Assembly (NCBI GenBank): GCA_964360585.1
Contig: CAYHXC010000006.1
Coordinates: 8,256 to 72,255, forward strand
Source of the DNA: an uncultured Candidatus Saccharibacteria bacterium
GTDB lineage: Bacteria > Patescibacteriota > Minisyncoccia > UBA6257 > 2-01-FULL-56-20
Direction: 5' to 3'
DNA: 64,000 nucleotides
How positions within the stretch are numbered: position 1 is the first letter of the stretch; each line of letters begins with the position of its first letter. The translations under genes and the position numbers were made by a program. Of this stretch, positions 18,123 to 28,218 are shown one piece after another. The notes beneath the pieces were generated by a model. The model searched no databases. It saw only the letters and a list, made by a program, of their open reading frames with translations, and was not told the DNA's origin.

Positions 18123-18893
18123 TTATTTTTTCTTTTTGAGCAAACTAAGCACAAACAAAAGTGAGGCAATACTTACAATCGTTGGACCAAGTGCAAGATG
18201 ATGAAGGTGGCTCGTGAGAAGGCCAAGTCCAACCGAAAGAACGCTAGCCGCGGCCGAGGTTATGAGAAATGCGCCGAGCGTGTGCGTCAGCTGACGGCCA
18301 ATAGCCGCGGGAACAATGAGGAGAGCGCCGACCAGGAGGGCTCCCAAGAATTGCAAGGCGGCGAGAATCGTCAAACTAAAAACCAAAAGATACTGAAGAT
18401 TCAGGCGGTTCACGTTAATGCCGCTGGTTGCCGCGAGCTCCGGCGAAAAAAGAGCCAGGATGAGTTCGTCGCGGAAAGAGAGAATAAAACTGACGATCAC
18501 GATCACCGCGCCCAGACCAAGGAGAAACCCCATGGTGTCGAGCGGAGCAAAACCGCCAAAGAGCGCCTCAATCAGATCCTCTTCGGGCGTAAGGAGCGTG
18601 CCGATCGCGACCGACGCCACGAAGATAACGCCGATCGCTGTTTCGGTGGAAAGGGTGGATGACTTCTGGAGTTGCCAGATTAAAAGCGTGCCGAGAAATA
18701 AGGCGATGCCGCCGCCGATCAGGGGATTAGCGTGGATGAGAAAAGCGATGCCGAGACCAGGCAGGGCAACGTGCGAAATAACATCGCCGGCCAGACTCAT
18801 TCGTTTCATAAGCGCAAAACTGCCGACCAGTCCGGCGGCAAGGGCCACGGCTAAAGCTAGTACGACACTGTATAGTTCAGGAGTAATTTGCAT
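18123..18893 (-). CDS. ABC-3 family metal (Zn/Mn) transporter permease
   Basis: 256 aa polytopic protein. The conserved ...ALFLGTLLI... and glycine-rich TM pattern are typical of ZnuB/MntB-type permeases. Confidence 0.85.
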   Translation of the reverse strand: MQITPELYSVVLALAVALAAGLVGSFALMKRMSLAGDVISHVALPGLGIAFLIHANPLIGGGIALFLGTLLIWQLQKSSTLSTETAIGVIFVASVAIGTLLTPEEDLIEALFGGFAPLDTMGFLLGLGAVIVIVSFILSFRDELILALFSPELAATSGINVNRLNLQYLLVFSLTILAALQFLGALLVGALLIVPAAIGRQLTHTLGAFLITSAAASVLSVGLGLLTSHLHHLALGPTIVSIASLLFVLSLLKKKK

Positions 18894-18972
18894 ACAGTTT
18901 CTAAGTTTTAAGCATTCGAATTTTGGGAGTTTTCATTTGTTTCGAGTTTATCATTTCTGATTTAGAGTTTAC

Positions 18973-19677
18973 CTACTTGGTTTTGTGGGCGTGATGATAG
19001 TATTCGAATGAGGTGCCAAAGAGTTTTTTCAGCATCTTCGGGTCGAGGACGTCATGCGGATCGCCGAAGCAAAGACCTTCTTTATTTAAGCAGAGGACTT
19101 TATCGACATGCTGGTAGACCATACTCAGATCATGAGAGACGATAATAATGGTTAAGCGATACTGTTCTTGAAGGCGATAAATAAGTTCGTAGATGTGTTC
19201 TTCGGAGGACTGATCCAGGCTGGCAGTTGGTTCGTCGAGAAGGAGTACGCCGGGATTTCCGAGGAGAGCAAGAGCGATCAGTCCTTTCTGGAACTGTCCG
19301 CCGGACAAGTGGCCAACGGGAGTTTTTAAAGCATTTGCGGTCAGTCCGATAATTCGACAGACTTCGCGACAGTCGCTTTGGACGAGATGCAGTGTGCGCA
19401 TCTTGGCTTCCAAAAGATCGAGAAGAGTAATGGGGAGATGGCGATCGGCGTCGATTTTTTGCGGGACGTAGCCAATCTTTACATTTTTGGCCCACTTCAC
19501 CTGGCCGGAGTAGGGGATGAGATCGAGTAGGGATTTCAAAAGCACGGTTTTTCCCGAACCGTTTGGGCCAATCACGGCCATACTTTCACCGGCTTCGAGA
19601 CTGAAAGAAATATCCTCAAGAATTTTATTATCTTCGAGAGAGACGTTCAGATTTTTTACGGAGAGAATACTTTGCAT
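18973..19677 (-). CDS. metal ABC transporter ATP-binding protein (ZnuC/MntA-like)
   Basis: Walker A GPNGSGKT, signature LSGGQFQK, Walker B LLLDEP, H-loop. Confidence 0.88.
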   Translation of the reverse strand: MQSILSVKNLNVSLEDNKILEDISFSLEAGESMAVIGPNGSGKTVLLKSLLDLIPYSGQVKWAKNVKIGYVPQKIDADRHLPITLLDLLEAKMRTLHLVQSDCREVCRIIGLTANALKTPVGHLSGGQFQKGLIALALLGNPGVLLLDEPTASLDQSSEEHIYELIYRLQEQYRLTIIIVSHDLSMVYQHVDKVLCLNKEGLCFGDPHDVLDPKMLKKLFGTSFEYYHHAHKTK

Positions 19678-19800
19678 AAGACTACTTCATCTTACCTCGA
19701 CGGGATTAAAAATAAAACTAGTACTTATTTTTTTAAGTTGTTGTTGAGGCAGTATTTTTATTGAAATTGATTTCTATCTGTACGAGGGACAAGAGAATAC

Positions 19801-19829
19801 TTGACATTAAGTATATTATAGTATATAAT
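19801..19829 (+). promoter_or_regulatory. consensus sigma70 promoter TTGACA-N17-TATAAT with a ~125-nt structured 5' UTR
   Basis: Perfect -35 and -10. Several short hairpins (AATCGGaaCCGATT) lie before the ATG at 19955. Confidence 0.55.
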
Positions 19830-19954
19830 CTAAAACAGCAAGAGTCATAACCTAACCTACGACAAGAAAGGAGAGTGATCGAGAGGAAACCACGATTTCT
19901 CGGAAGAATCGGAACCGATTATCAACGCTACGAAACAGAAAGGATTGAAAGCAC

Positions 19955-21037
19955 ATGGCATCGAGAAAAAAAGGTGGGGAAGAGAGTAAGAAAACAGTCA
20001 TTCGGCGGAGCACGAAGTTGAGTCCGGAGGCCAGAAAGGTGTTGAGTAGTCTGATCGTCGATAATCTGGAGATTGTCCACGACGAAGTCAAGATCGAGGC
20101 GTCGTACCTGAATGAGCCCGAGAAGATGCGATACAGCGTCTATCTTAAGAAGTTTCTCGTTGATCAACAAGCGAGATTGCTCGACTTGTACGCCTACACC
20201 GATCCGTTCTACTGCGACTTCGATCCCGACTTTGCCGGTGTTGAGTCGGAGGAGTTGGCGGAGCTTCGCAACAACTTCGTTGCCGCCTACTTGAAAGTGG
20301 CGATGGCGGAGTATCCGGGGTCACTTCTGGGATTGCGGCATCTGACCTTCCTTGCCAACTACTGTCTGGTTTGGTTCGAAAACATTTTCGAGAGTCGCGT
20401 TCTCCTCGAGGTCGTGCCCTCGGAAACGACGGATTGCCCGACAGTTGAGTTGCCTGGACCAGATGGTTCGCCGACTTTCTACGCCTGTCGTCATCCGGAA
20501 GGACGGTCATTGATCGATGTTCTGCGGGACAAAGCGGCGCCATACTGGGCAGAGGTGGACGCAAAGGAGAAGGCGGCACTCGAAGCCCAAAAACAAAAGG
20601 ACGCATCAATCCGAGACGAGGCTCGTGCACGTCGCGAACGTGAGGAGCGAGAGTTCAGAGGTGTCGTCGAGAATATCCGCAAGAAGACGACCGGAACGCC
20701 CGAGGACGTTTTCCAGAGGGGCAACGGGTTTGCGCTCATTCGTGTGCCGGGCGTGATCCTCGCCGGCGGTAAGACTACTCGGGAGACCTATCTCCTCGTC
20801 GAAGCTCATCAGAATGGGCGTGGCACGATGCTTCTCGTCCGTAACTGTGTGGGCGAGAACTGGAACGATGTCATTCGTTCCGGCGCTGGCATTCCGGCGT
20901 CATGGGCCTTCCGTGATGGGGAGAGGATCGACTTCGGCCATATTCCCGATGCGCTTCGGGAGCACAGTGAGCGGCTGCACGCCGCGATTCGCGGCCATTT
21001 CCGTCGACAGTACGCGGAACGTTCGCGGAGTAGGTAA
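19955..21037 (+). CDS. hypothetical protein (360 aa), GC-richer than its surroundings
   Basis: ORF track. Own promoter and terminator. No family recognised. Confidence 0.55.
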   Translation: MASRKKGGEESKKTVIRRSTKLSPEARKVLSSLIVDNLEIVHDEVKIEASYLNEPEKMRYSVYLKKFLVDQQARLLDLYAYTDPFYCDFDPDFAGVESEELAELRNNFVAAYLKVAMAEYPGSLLGLRHLTFLANYCLVWFENIFESRVLLEVVPSETTDCPTVELPGPDGSPTFYACRHPEGRSLIDVLRDKAAPYWAEVDAKEKAALEAQKQKDASIRDEARARREREEREFRGVVENIRKKTTGTPEDVFQRGNGFALIRVPGVILAGGKTTRETYLLVEAHQNGRGTMLLVRNCVGENWNDVIRSGAGIPASWAFRDGERIDFGHIPDALREHSERLHAAIRGHFRRQYAERSRSR

Positions 21038-21068
21038 GTTCTGATTTCATTTTGGAAGGAGGTGATAC

Positions 21069-21106
21069 GGGCCTGGTGGATTTCAAATCCCCCAGGCCCT
21101 TTTTTA
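21069..21106 (+). terminator. rho-independent terminator
   Basis: GGGCCTGGtggatttcaaatccCCCAGGCCC followed by TTTTTTAT. Confidence 0.7.
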
Positions 21107-21122
21107 TAAAAAACAGAGGTAT

Positions 21123-21153
21123 TGACTTAATATTTAAATAATGTTAATATAAT
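21123..21153 (+). promoter_or_regulatory. promoter TTGACT-N17-TAATAT (TATAAT 2 nt further)
   Basis: Seen directly upstream of 21193. Confidence 0.5.
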
Positions 21154-21192
21154 CCCGGTTCGTTAGAAATTGATTTTAACTTTTGAAGAGGA

Positions 21193-22059
21193 GTGCAACG
21201 GATAGTTGTGCTTCAGAAAGGATCGACAATGAGTTTCACGGGTTCGGCCACTTCGCAGGTTATCCGTGGAGTGGTCAAGTGGTTCAACGTAACCCTCGGA
21301 TTTGGGATGATCGATGGGGACGACGGGCGGCAGTATTTCGTCGGTAAACATTCGGTGAACGAAGCCGACGAAGTGGTCCAGGCGGGAAAATCTTCTGCCT
21401 TCCGTTTTCTCATGAAGGGTTGGAAGGTCAGCTTCCGATCCGTCTCGACCGAACGGGGATTCGACGCCCTCGACGTGACGCCCGATCGTGAGATCGGGGT
21501 CAGTCGCGAGAAGCCCGACCCTCGCGCCTTCAGTGAGAAGGAAGGGTTCGTCAGGTTGCTGATCGATTCCTTGGGACGTATCAGAGTGGGGAGCGATAGC
21601 ATCTACACCCCCACCATCACCGGGAAGACGGCCGGAACCGCATTCCGCGCTTACCTTCTGGAAGGGAAGAAGATCAACGGCTTCCAGCTGCGACTCCCAG
21701 TGTCGACTACGGACACCTCCTTCGTTCTTCTCAACCAGAACGAAAGGCTGGTGCCGTTCAATCGTTCGGGATACTACCCGGACGTCATGCTCGGGTCGCT
21801 CCTCTGCAAGGTGGAGCGGAACGGCCAAGTCACCCTGTGGCTCATGGGGGTTCGGACTGTGAACGACAGGTCGGCCTACTACATCATGATCGAGCGCCGG
21901 TACTTTCATCGCTACGACTTCACGGACTCGTCCGCGGAGTCACTCCTCGCCCAGACGCCGACCTCCGGAATGAAAAAGGATAATGACCTTTACGTTCCGG
22001 CGATTGCGAAGGGGATCCAGCTCCTGTCGTCGGCATCGGTCGAACAGGCGGTGGCCTAA
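21193..22059 (+). CDS. cold-shock-domain protein fused to a ~220-aa C-terminal domain of unknown function
   Basis: N-terminal GVVKWFNVTLGFGMIDGDDGRQYFVGKHSV matches the CspA RNP1 region (GxVKWFN..KGFGFI). The remainder matches no known family. Confidence 0.6.
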   Translation: MQRIVVLQKGSTMSFTGSATSQVIRGVVKWFNVTLGFGMIDGDDGRQYFVGKHSVNEADEVVQAGKSSAFRFLMKGWKVSFRSVSTERGFDALDVTPDREIGVSREKPDPRAFSEKEGFVRLLIDSLGRIRVGSDSIYTPTITGKTAGTAFRAYLLEGKKINGFQLRLPVSTTDTSFVLLNQNERLVPFNRSGYYPDVMLGSLLCKVERNGQVTLWLMGVRTVNDRSAYYIMIERRYFHRYDFTDSSAESLLAQTPTSGMKKDNDLYVPAIAKGIQLLSSASVEQAVA

Positions 22060-22098
22060 AAGAGATCGGGAGACTCTTATCTTTCTCCCTACAACATT

Positions 22099-22134
22099 GG
22101 GGCCTTGATTCTTCGGAATCAAGGCCCTTTTTTA
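22099..22134 (+). terminator. rho-independent terminator
   Basis: GGGGCCTTGATTcttcgGAATCAAGGCCC followed by TTTTTTA. Confidence 0.7.
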
Positions 22135-22183
22135 TTCCCCTCATTTGTCATTCCGGTCTTTTTCCGCGTAAGATAGGGATACT

Positions 22184-23911
22184 ATGCAAGGCCGTTCTAC
22201 GACTGAAGAGATTAAGGCTAAGTTGGATGTCGCCGATGTCTTGCGAGGCTATCTGACGCTCATCCCGGCGGGGAAGAACTTCAAGGCGCTCTGTCCGTTT
22301 CATAATGAAAAATCGCCTTCATTTATAGTTTCACCTGATCGCCAAACCTGGCATTGTTTTGGCTGTTCTTTGGGCGGCGACGTTTTTTCGTTTGTGATGC
22401 GGCACGATAATCTCGAGTTTGGCGAAGCTTTGAAAATCTTGGCCGAGAAGGCCGGCGTGGAGTTGAAACGGATGAGTCCGGCGGACTATGAACAGTTCGG
22501 CCTGCTCTACGATATTAATGACGAGGCGCGACGGTTTTTTAAAAATCAGTTACAGAACGCGGAGGCGGCCAAAGAATATTTGCGAACACGAAAACTGTCC
22601 GAAGAAATCATTGATGAGTTTGATCTTGGTTGGGCGCCGAACCTTCCGGATGCTTTAACGGTTCATTTGCTCAATCACAACTTCCGACCGGAGGCTTTAA
22701 TTCGCGCCGGACTCACGTTCCGCAGTACAAACGGTTTACACGTCGATCGATTCCGCGGCCGGATTATGTTTCCGATTCACAATCACATGAGCAAGGTTGT
22801 CGGTTTCACCGGCCGGATTCTGCCGCAGTTTGATACCGGAGAAATGGGAAAGTATGTGAACACGCCGGAGACGCCGATTTTCGTAAAGTCGCGCGTGCTC
22901 TATGGCTTACACAAAGCCAAAGGCGCGATCCGCGATGAAAAAAATGTTTTTCTGGTGGAAGGGCAGATGGACTGTTTGATGAGTCGGCAGGCCGGCGTCA
23001 AAAACGCGGTTGCCACTTCCGGCACGGCGCTCACTTTGGATCACTTACGGCTCCTCCACAAACTGACCGATCAGATTGTTTTGAACTTTGATAGCGATGC
23101 GGCCGGACTGGCGGCTGGGGAGCGCGCTATTGACTTAGCAACCGCGAATGACTTTAATGTAAAGGTTGTCACGTTCGCCGCAGGCACCTATAAAGATGCC
23201 GCTGAAGCTGTCGAAAAGGATCCAGAAGAATTCCTCCAGCTTATCAAAAACGCGGCGCCGGCGATCGCATTTTATTTTGACCGTTATCTTCCTCTGGGCC
23301 CGAGTGGCGCGGTGGGGAGTTCCCATGTTATCCAACTGAAAAAAGGTGTGCGATTGGTGTTAGGGAAAATCAAGAATCTTTCGAGCGCGGTAGAGCGGGA
23401 TGTTTGGCTTCGCGAGTTGAGTCATCGCGTCAATATCGAAGTACCAACCTTGATTGAGGAAATGAGACAGGTCGAAAGTACTGTTTCGGGCACGGTGAAG
23501 GAGGAAAAGTTGGTGACGGCCGTTTCTCCCAACTTAAAAACTCTTTCCCGCCGTGATCTCATTAGTCTCCATCTGCTTGCCGCCGCTGTTACGTTGGACA
23601 AACTTGAAGCCGTTCTCGAAAGTGTTCACTACTTGCCGCAAGAACATCAAGTGGCCTATGAACTTATGAAACAGGGGGAGAAGCAGTCGTCTGATCCTGG
23701 AATCGATGAGCTTCTCAATACGATTTATTTTTTCCCATCGCCGAAGGTTGAGGAAAAAGATTTTGTCGAACTGGCGAAACAACTGAAGCAAGAATTTTTG
23801 AAAGAGCATCGGAAGAAGTTGGAATGGCTGGTCAAAAATGCCGAGCGAGATGGTGATGAGACTGCTCGGCAGAGAGCCATGCAAGAATTAAATGAATCCT
23901 GGTCTCTGTAA
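22184..23911 (+). CDS. dnaG: DNA primase
   Basis: Zinc finger CPFHNEKSPSF...HCFGC, then Toprim with EGQMD and the NFDSDAAG motifs. Confidence 0.92.
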   Translation: MQGRSTTEEIKAKLDVADVLRGYLTLIPAGKNFKALCPFHNEKSPSFIVSPDRQTWHCFGCSLGGDVFSFVMRHDNLEFGEALKILAEKAGVELKRMSPADYEQFGLLYDINDEARRFFKNQLQNAEAAKEYLRTRKLSEEIIDEFDLGWAPNLPDALTVHLLNHNFRPEALIRAGLTFRSTNGLHVDRFRGRIMFPIHNHMSKVVGFTGRILPQFDTGEMGKYVNTPETPIFVKSRVLYGLHKAKGAIRDEKNVFLVEGQMDCLMSRQAGVKNAVATSGTALTLDHLRLLHKLTDQIVLNFDSDAAGLAAGERAIDLATANDFNVKVVTFAAGTYKDAAEAVEKDPEEFLQLIKNAAPAIAFYFDRYLPLGPSGAVGSSHVIQLKKGVRLVLGKIKNLSSAVERDVWLRELSHRVNIEVPTLIEEMRQVESTVSGTVKEEKLVTAVSPNLKTLSRRDLISLHLLAAAVTLDKLEAVLESVHYLPQEHQVAYELMKQGEKQSSDPGIDELLNTIYFFPSPKVEEKDFVELAKQLKQEFLKEHRKKLEWLVKNAERDGDETARQRAMQELNESWSL

Positions 23912-24059
23912 TAATAAAATGACTAGATACAGCGTTACGACCTCCCCGACTACGCCAGGCTACGAACGGGCAGGCGTTCCACCCTCGTAGTATTGTATAC
24001 AACTCGGTTGCGGTACTCGGTCAAGCCTTGTCTCTAATCATTTTCAGTTCACGAAAACT

Positions 24060-25313
24060 ATGAAAAAAAAGAAACATACATCCCCCCGCGGATCTAAAAA
24101 GAAGAAGGCGAAAAAAGTCCGGCGAAAAGTCGGACGGGTTTTGAAAAAGAAGCCGGCTAAAATTTTAAAAAAGAAAGAGAAAAAAGCGGAGAAATCAATC
24201 CCACGAAAATCGGCGAAGGGTGGTCAACGTATCGACGAGCAGGCCCTCTCTGAACTAATCGAACGTGGTCGACCGCGTGGTTTCGTGACCGACAACGAGA
24301 TTTTATACTCCTTTCCGAAGATCGAGGACAATATCGTACTTTTGGAACAGATCTACGACCGACTCGATAAAGCTAATATAAAAATTTTGGAGACAGGCAG
24401 TCTTCTTGATATTTCGTCCAAAGAGAATGAAGTCTCACAGAAAGAGTTGGATGAAGCCACCCGTATTGGGACTGATGTGCCGGACGCTGTGCAGGTTTAT
24501 TTAAAAGAGATTGGTCGCACGCCGCTTTTGACCAAGGACGAAGAAAAAGATTTGGCCAAGCGATCAGAGAAAGGGGATGAGGAAGCCCGTCAGGCTTTGA
24601 TGAAAGCGAACCTTCGTCTCGTAGTTTCGATTGCCAAACGTTACGTCAATCGCACACCGAATTTGAGTATTTTGGATTTAATTCAAGAAGGAAATATCGG
24701 TTTGTCTCGCGCTGTTGATAAGTTCGACTATCGAAAGGGCTTTAAATTCTCAACCTACGCCACCTGGTGGATTCGTCAGGCGATTACTCGCGCTCTGGCT
24801 GATTTTTCGCGTACGATTCGTATTCCGGTCCATATGGTGGAAACGATGTCGAAGTACACCCAGGCGCGGCGCGCTTTACTTCAGGAATTGGGCCGCGATC
24901 CGTTACCGGAAGAAATTGCCGTGGAGATGGGAATTGATGTCGAGAAGGTGCACCAGATTCAGAAGATCTCTCAGGAAGTTTTGTCGATCGAAGCACCGGT
25001 GGGAGACGAGGAGGATTCCACGCTTTCTGATTTTATTGCTGATGAGAAAAATATTACACCGGCGCAGAATACGGCTCGTTCGTTGCTCCAAGATTTAATT
25101 AAGGACATCATGAACGACTTGAGCGAGCGTGAGCAGAAAATTTTATCTATGCGCTTTGGCTTGGAAGATGGCGTGACCCACACCTTGGAAGAAGTTGGAA
25201 AAGTATTTGGTGTGACGCGCGAACGCATCCGTCAGATTGAAGCGAAGGCTTTGGAAAAAATTCGCGAACACCGCCACGCGCAGGCGCTCGAGGGATTCGA
25301 AAATTTGACGTAA
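24060..25313 (+). CDS. rpoD: RNA polymerase sigma-70 factor RpoD with a lysine-rich N-terminal tail
   Basis: Region 2 [38 protein letters not shown]; region 4 ...[23 protein letters not shown]. The N-terminal ~50 aa is K/R-rich. Confidence 0.92.
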   Translation: MKKKKHTSPRGSKKKKAKKVRRKVGRVLKKKPAKILKKKEKKAEKSIPRKSAKGGQRIDEQALSELIERGRPRGFVTDNEILYSFPKIEDNIVLLEQIYDRLDKANIKILETGSLLDISSKENEVSQKELDEATRIGTDVPDAVQVYLKEIGRTPLLTKDEEKDLAKRSEKGDEEARQALMKANLRLVVSIAKRYVNRTPNLSILDLIQEGNIGLSRAVDKFDYRKGFKFSTYATWWIRQAITRALADFSRTIRIPVHMVETMSKYTQARRALLQELGRDPLPEEIAVEMGIDVEKVHQIQKISQEVLSIEAPVGDEEDSTLSDFIADEKNITPAQNTARSLLQDLIKDIMNDLSEREQKILSMRFGLEDGVTHTLEEVGKVFGVTRERIRQIEAKALEKIREHRHAQALEGFENLT

Positions 25314-25357
25314 AGGATCTCAGTCTATCGGGAACCTTAACAGAGATTGCGGGGAAT

Positions 25358-25405
25358 AAATTGTTACTATTATAAAAGCATATGCTTTTATAATAGTAAC
25401 AATTT
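25358..25405. repeat. perfect 48-bp AT-rich palindrome (24+24)
   Basis: AAATTGTTACTATTATAAAAGCAT|ATGCTTTTATAATAGTAACAATTT. No T-run follows. Confidence 0.9.
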
Positions 25406-25444
25406 GGGACCAGGCAGGGGTACAATTCGCATCCCGATACTTTT

Positions 25445-25720
25445 TTGGTATCAAAGGGAGAAGATCGGGGAAGGGTTATGCAGGCGAGTCACGTTGGGGT
25501 GACTATGCCAGCAGAATTACAAGAAGTGGCTGATGAGATAGCACGTCTTGTCATTCTCTCCACTGCTCAGAGCGGCCAGGACCCAAGTCCTCTACGAAGT
25601 TTTCTTACTTTTCTACTTATGGAGGCGATGGCCGAGGGGCAATGGAGAGAAGCTCATCTTGGCCTCTCCGACGCTCGAGCTGGACTGACAATCGACACAA
25701 CTGAGTCGCGTCCGTTGTAA
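25445..25720 (+). CDS. hypothetical small protein (weak call)
   Basis: ORF track only. Confidence 0.2.
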   Translation: MVSKGEDRGRVMQASHVGVTMPAELQEVADEIARLVILSTAQSGQDPSPLRSFLTFLLMEAMAEGQWREAHLGLSDARAGLTIDTTESRPL

Positions 25721-25743
25721 AGTTGTCTGTTTTTTTTCGTTTT

Positions 25744-25809
25744 CGTCATTGCGAGGAGCGAAGCGACGTGGCAATCTCGAGATCGCCACGGCTACGCCTC
25801 GCGATGACA
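25744..25809. repeat. REP-like palindrome (R3)
   Basis: tcGTCATTGCGAGgagcgaagcgacgtgGCAATCTCGAGATCGCcacggctacgcCTCGCGATGACA. Confidence 0.85.
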
Positions 25810-25862
25810 ATATTTAGTCCAGTTCATTGATAAAACCCGCATATTTCTTTATATTGAGGTTT

Positions 25863-27782
25863 ATGACCTTAGCTGAAGTGCGGACAAAATACTTGGAGTT
25901 TTTTAAGGCTCGCGGACACGTGATTATTCCCGCATCTTCGCTTCTACCAGAAGGGGATGCGACCACGCTTTTTACCGGTTCGGGAATGCAGCCGCTTTTG
26001 CCGTTCTTATTGGGAGAAACACATCCCGAAGGGAAACGTCTGACTGATTCGCAGAAAAGTTTTCGCGCTGAAGATATCGAAGAGATTGGCGACAATCGTC
26101 ACACCACGTTTTTCGAGATGCTCGGAAACTGGTCATTGGGCGATTATTTTAAAGCGGAACAGGTTCCGTGGATGTTCGAGTTTTTAACCGAGGAGGTTCG
26201 GCTCGACCCGAATAAGTTGTACATTACTTGCTTCATTGGCGCGCCGGAGTATGACATTCCCAAAGATACTGAAGCCGGCGATCTTTGGAAGAAAGCTTTT
26301 GAGGCAAAAGGAATTAAAGCCGACGAAGCCGATATCGGTTCTGAAGCGGATGGCTACAGCCGCGGTATGAATCCCGGTGAGCGTATTTTTTACTACGACG
26401 GTTCGAAGAACTGGTGGAATCGAGGAAAAACCGGACCGGCTACAACGCCCGTCGGCGATCCGTGCGGACCGGACTCGGAGATGTTTTATGATTTCGGCCC
26501 TACGACAAGCTCAGGGCAAGCACGGCACGACGAAAAATTTGGCAAGCACTGTCATCCGAACTGCGACTGCGGACGATTTATGGAAGTGGGCAACAATGTT
26601 TTTATGGCCTACTTTAAGGAAGCCGAAGGAAAGTTTATTCCGCTTAAGTCAAAAAATATTGATCATGGTTCGGGCCTTGAGCGTATTGCGGCCGCTACGA
26701 ATAATGATCCCGATGTTTTCCATTTGGATGTGTTCCAGAAAATGCGTGAAAAATTGGCCACGTTTTCCAAGGAGCAGTTCACAGAAAAAGATACACGGCG
26801 CGTGCGCGTTATCTTAGACCACCTTCGCGGCGCTACATTTTTGGTTTCTGATGGCGTGGAAGTTTCGAACAAAGGACAAGGCTACGTTTTGCGACGGTTG
26901 GTGCGGCGAGCGATGGCCCATGCCCGACTTTTGAATCTCGAGGCTGGCTGGGTGGAGGAGTTGGTGAAGGTTGTTTCGGAATCGTATCGCGAGGCCTATC
27001 CGGACTTGGGCGCAAAAACAGAAGCAATCGTTATTGCCTTAAATACTGAGTTTGAAAAATTCTCGCGAACCCTGGAGCGGGGATTTCTCGAGTTTCAGAA
27101 ACTAGAGACCATTTCCGGCAAAGACGCTTTTGATCTGCATCAGTCGTACGGATTTCCCTTTGAGCTGACCAAAGAACTAGGCGTGGAAGCGGGGAAAGTT
27201 ATTGACGAGGCCGAGTTCAAAAGTGAGTTCGAGAAACATCAGGAGATTTCCCGGGCCGGCCAGGAGAAGAAATTTGGCGGGCACGGCTTGCTTTTGGATA
27301 CGGGAGAAATTAAAGCTCGTGATGAGAAGGAGTTGGTTGTGGTAACACGACTGCACACCGCGACGCACATGCTTCAACAGGCCTTGCGCGATGTTTTGGG
27401 GCCAGAGGTGAAACAAGCGGGTTCGGATATTACTGTTGAGCGAACACGTTTTGACTTTACCTTCGGACGTAAACTGACGCCTGAGGAGGTTAAGAAGGTT
27501 GAGGAGCGGGTGAATGAAAAAATTGTGGAAGACTTGAAGGTCCAGAAAGTAGTTATGCCGAAAGCCGAGGCTGAAAAAACTGGCGCTTTATTTTTCTTCA
27601 AGCAAAAATATCCGGATCCGGTAAATGTCTACTATATGGGCAATGATTTAGAAACTGCCTGGAGTAAGGAGTTTTGTGGTGGACCGCATGTCACGCATAC
27701 GGCCGAAGTTTTGAAATTCAAAATCGCCAAAGAAGAGGCCGTTGCTGCCGGTGTGCGGCGTATTAGAGGGGTAGTGGAGTAA
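25863..27782 (+). CDS. alaS: alanyl-tRNA synthetase, short form (catalytic plus editing domains; no C-Ala domain)
   Basis: RHTTFFEMLGNWSLGDYFK and the class II core; editing-domain HxxxH ...HTATHMLQQAL... and CGGPHV motifs. About 640 aa versus ~870 typical. GAGG RBS before ATGACC. Confidence 0.88.
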   Translation: MTLAEVRTKYLEFFKARGHVIIPASSLLPEGDATTLFTGSGMQPLLPFLLGETHPEGKRLTDSQKSFRAEDIEEIGDNRHTTFFEMLGNWSLGDYFKAEQVPWMFEFLTEEVRLDPNKLYITCFIGAPEYDIPKDTEAGDLWKKAFEAKGIKADEADIGSEADGYSRGMNPGERIFYYDGSKNWWNRGKTGPATTPVGDPCGPDSEMFYDFGPTTSSGQARHDEKFGKHCHPNCDCGRFMEVGNNVFMAYFKEAEGKFIPLKSKNIDHGSGLERIAAATNNDPDVFHLDVFQKMREKLATFSKEQFTEKDTRRVRVILDHLRGATFLVSDGVEVSNKGQGYVLRRLVRRAMAHARLLNLEAGWVEELVKVVSESYREAYPDLGAKTEAIVIALNTEFEKFSRTLERGFLEFQKLETISGKDAFDLHQSYGFPFELTKELGVEAGKVIDEAEFKSEFEKHQEISRAGQEKKFGGHGLLLDTGEIKARDEKELVVVTRLHTATHMLQQALRDVLGPEVKQAGSDITVERTRFDFTFGRKLTPEEVKKVEERVNEKIVEDLKVQKVVMPKAEAEKTGALFFFKQKYPDPVNVYYMGNDLETAWSKEFCGGPHVTHTAEVLKFKIAKEEAVAAGVRRIRGVVE

Positions 27783-27870
27783 CCTCTTATCGCCTGTGCA
27801 CAGTATCCTCATTCGTTGACTCACAGCAAGCTTCTTGCTCGAAACGAGATGACTGGAATATAATCATAAT

Positions 27871-28218
27871 ATGCAAACTCAGCGCGCAACGTATGGCGCA
27901 CTAACATTAACTGCTATCCCGTTTGTTCTCCTGCCGATCCTTGCCCAGATGGTAAAAGCCAATCCCGCTCATGTAAACTACTGGATGCATCAGGATCTAG
28001 AAAGTGCGTCGTTACTATTGGGCTTTTCCGGATACGGCTTCTTTGCCTTAAGCCTCTTGATATCAGTAGCCTCCGTGGTGAAGGGAATAAGACAGCACCA
28101 TCGGCTTAAAATCTACATTTGGTTTGTTCTGATCGCCGTTACCGACATTCTGCTGGCATGGGTATGGGAACCGATCGCCAGTTGGGCACTAGCTGGATGT
28201 TGCGATCTACTCTCCTGA
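27871..28218 (+). CDS. hypothetical membrane protein (115 aa, 3 TM)
   Basis: ORF track. Hydrophobic helices. Lies between alaS and the alaS 3' remnant. Confidence 0.4.
   Translation: MQTQRATYGALTLTAIPFVLLPILAQMVKANPAHVNYWMHQDLESASLLLGFSGYGFFALSLLISVASVVKGIRQHHRLKIYIWFVLIAVTDILLAWVWEPIASWALAGCCDLLS

Noticed and set aside
21163-21909. 248-aa minus-strand ORF
   Set aside because: Antisense to the cold-shock-domain fusion gene, which has a recognisable CSD, a promoter and a terminator.
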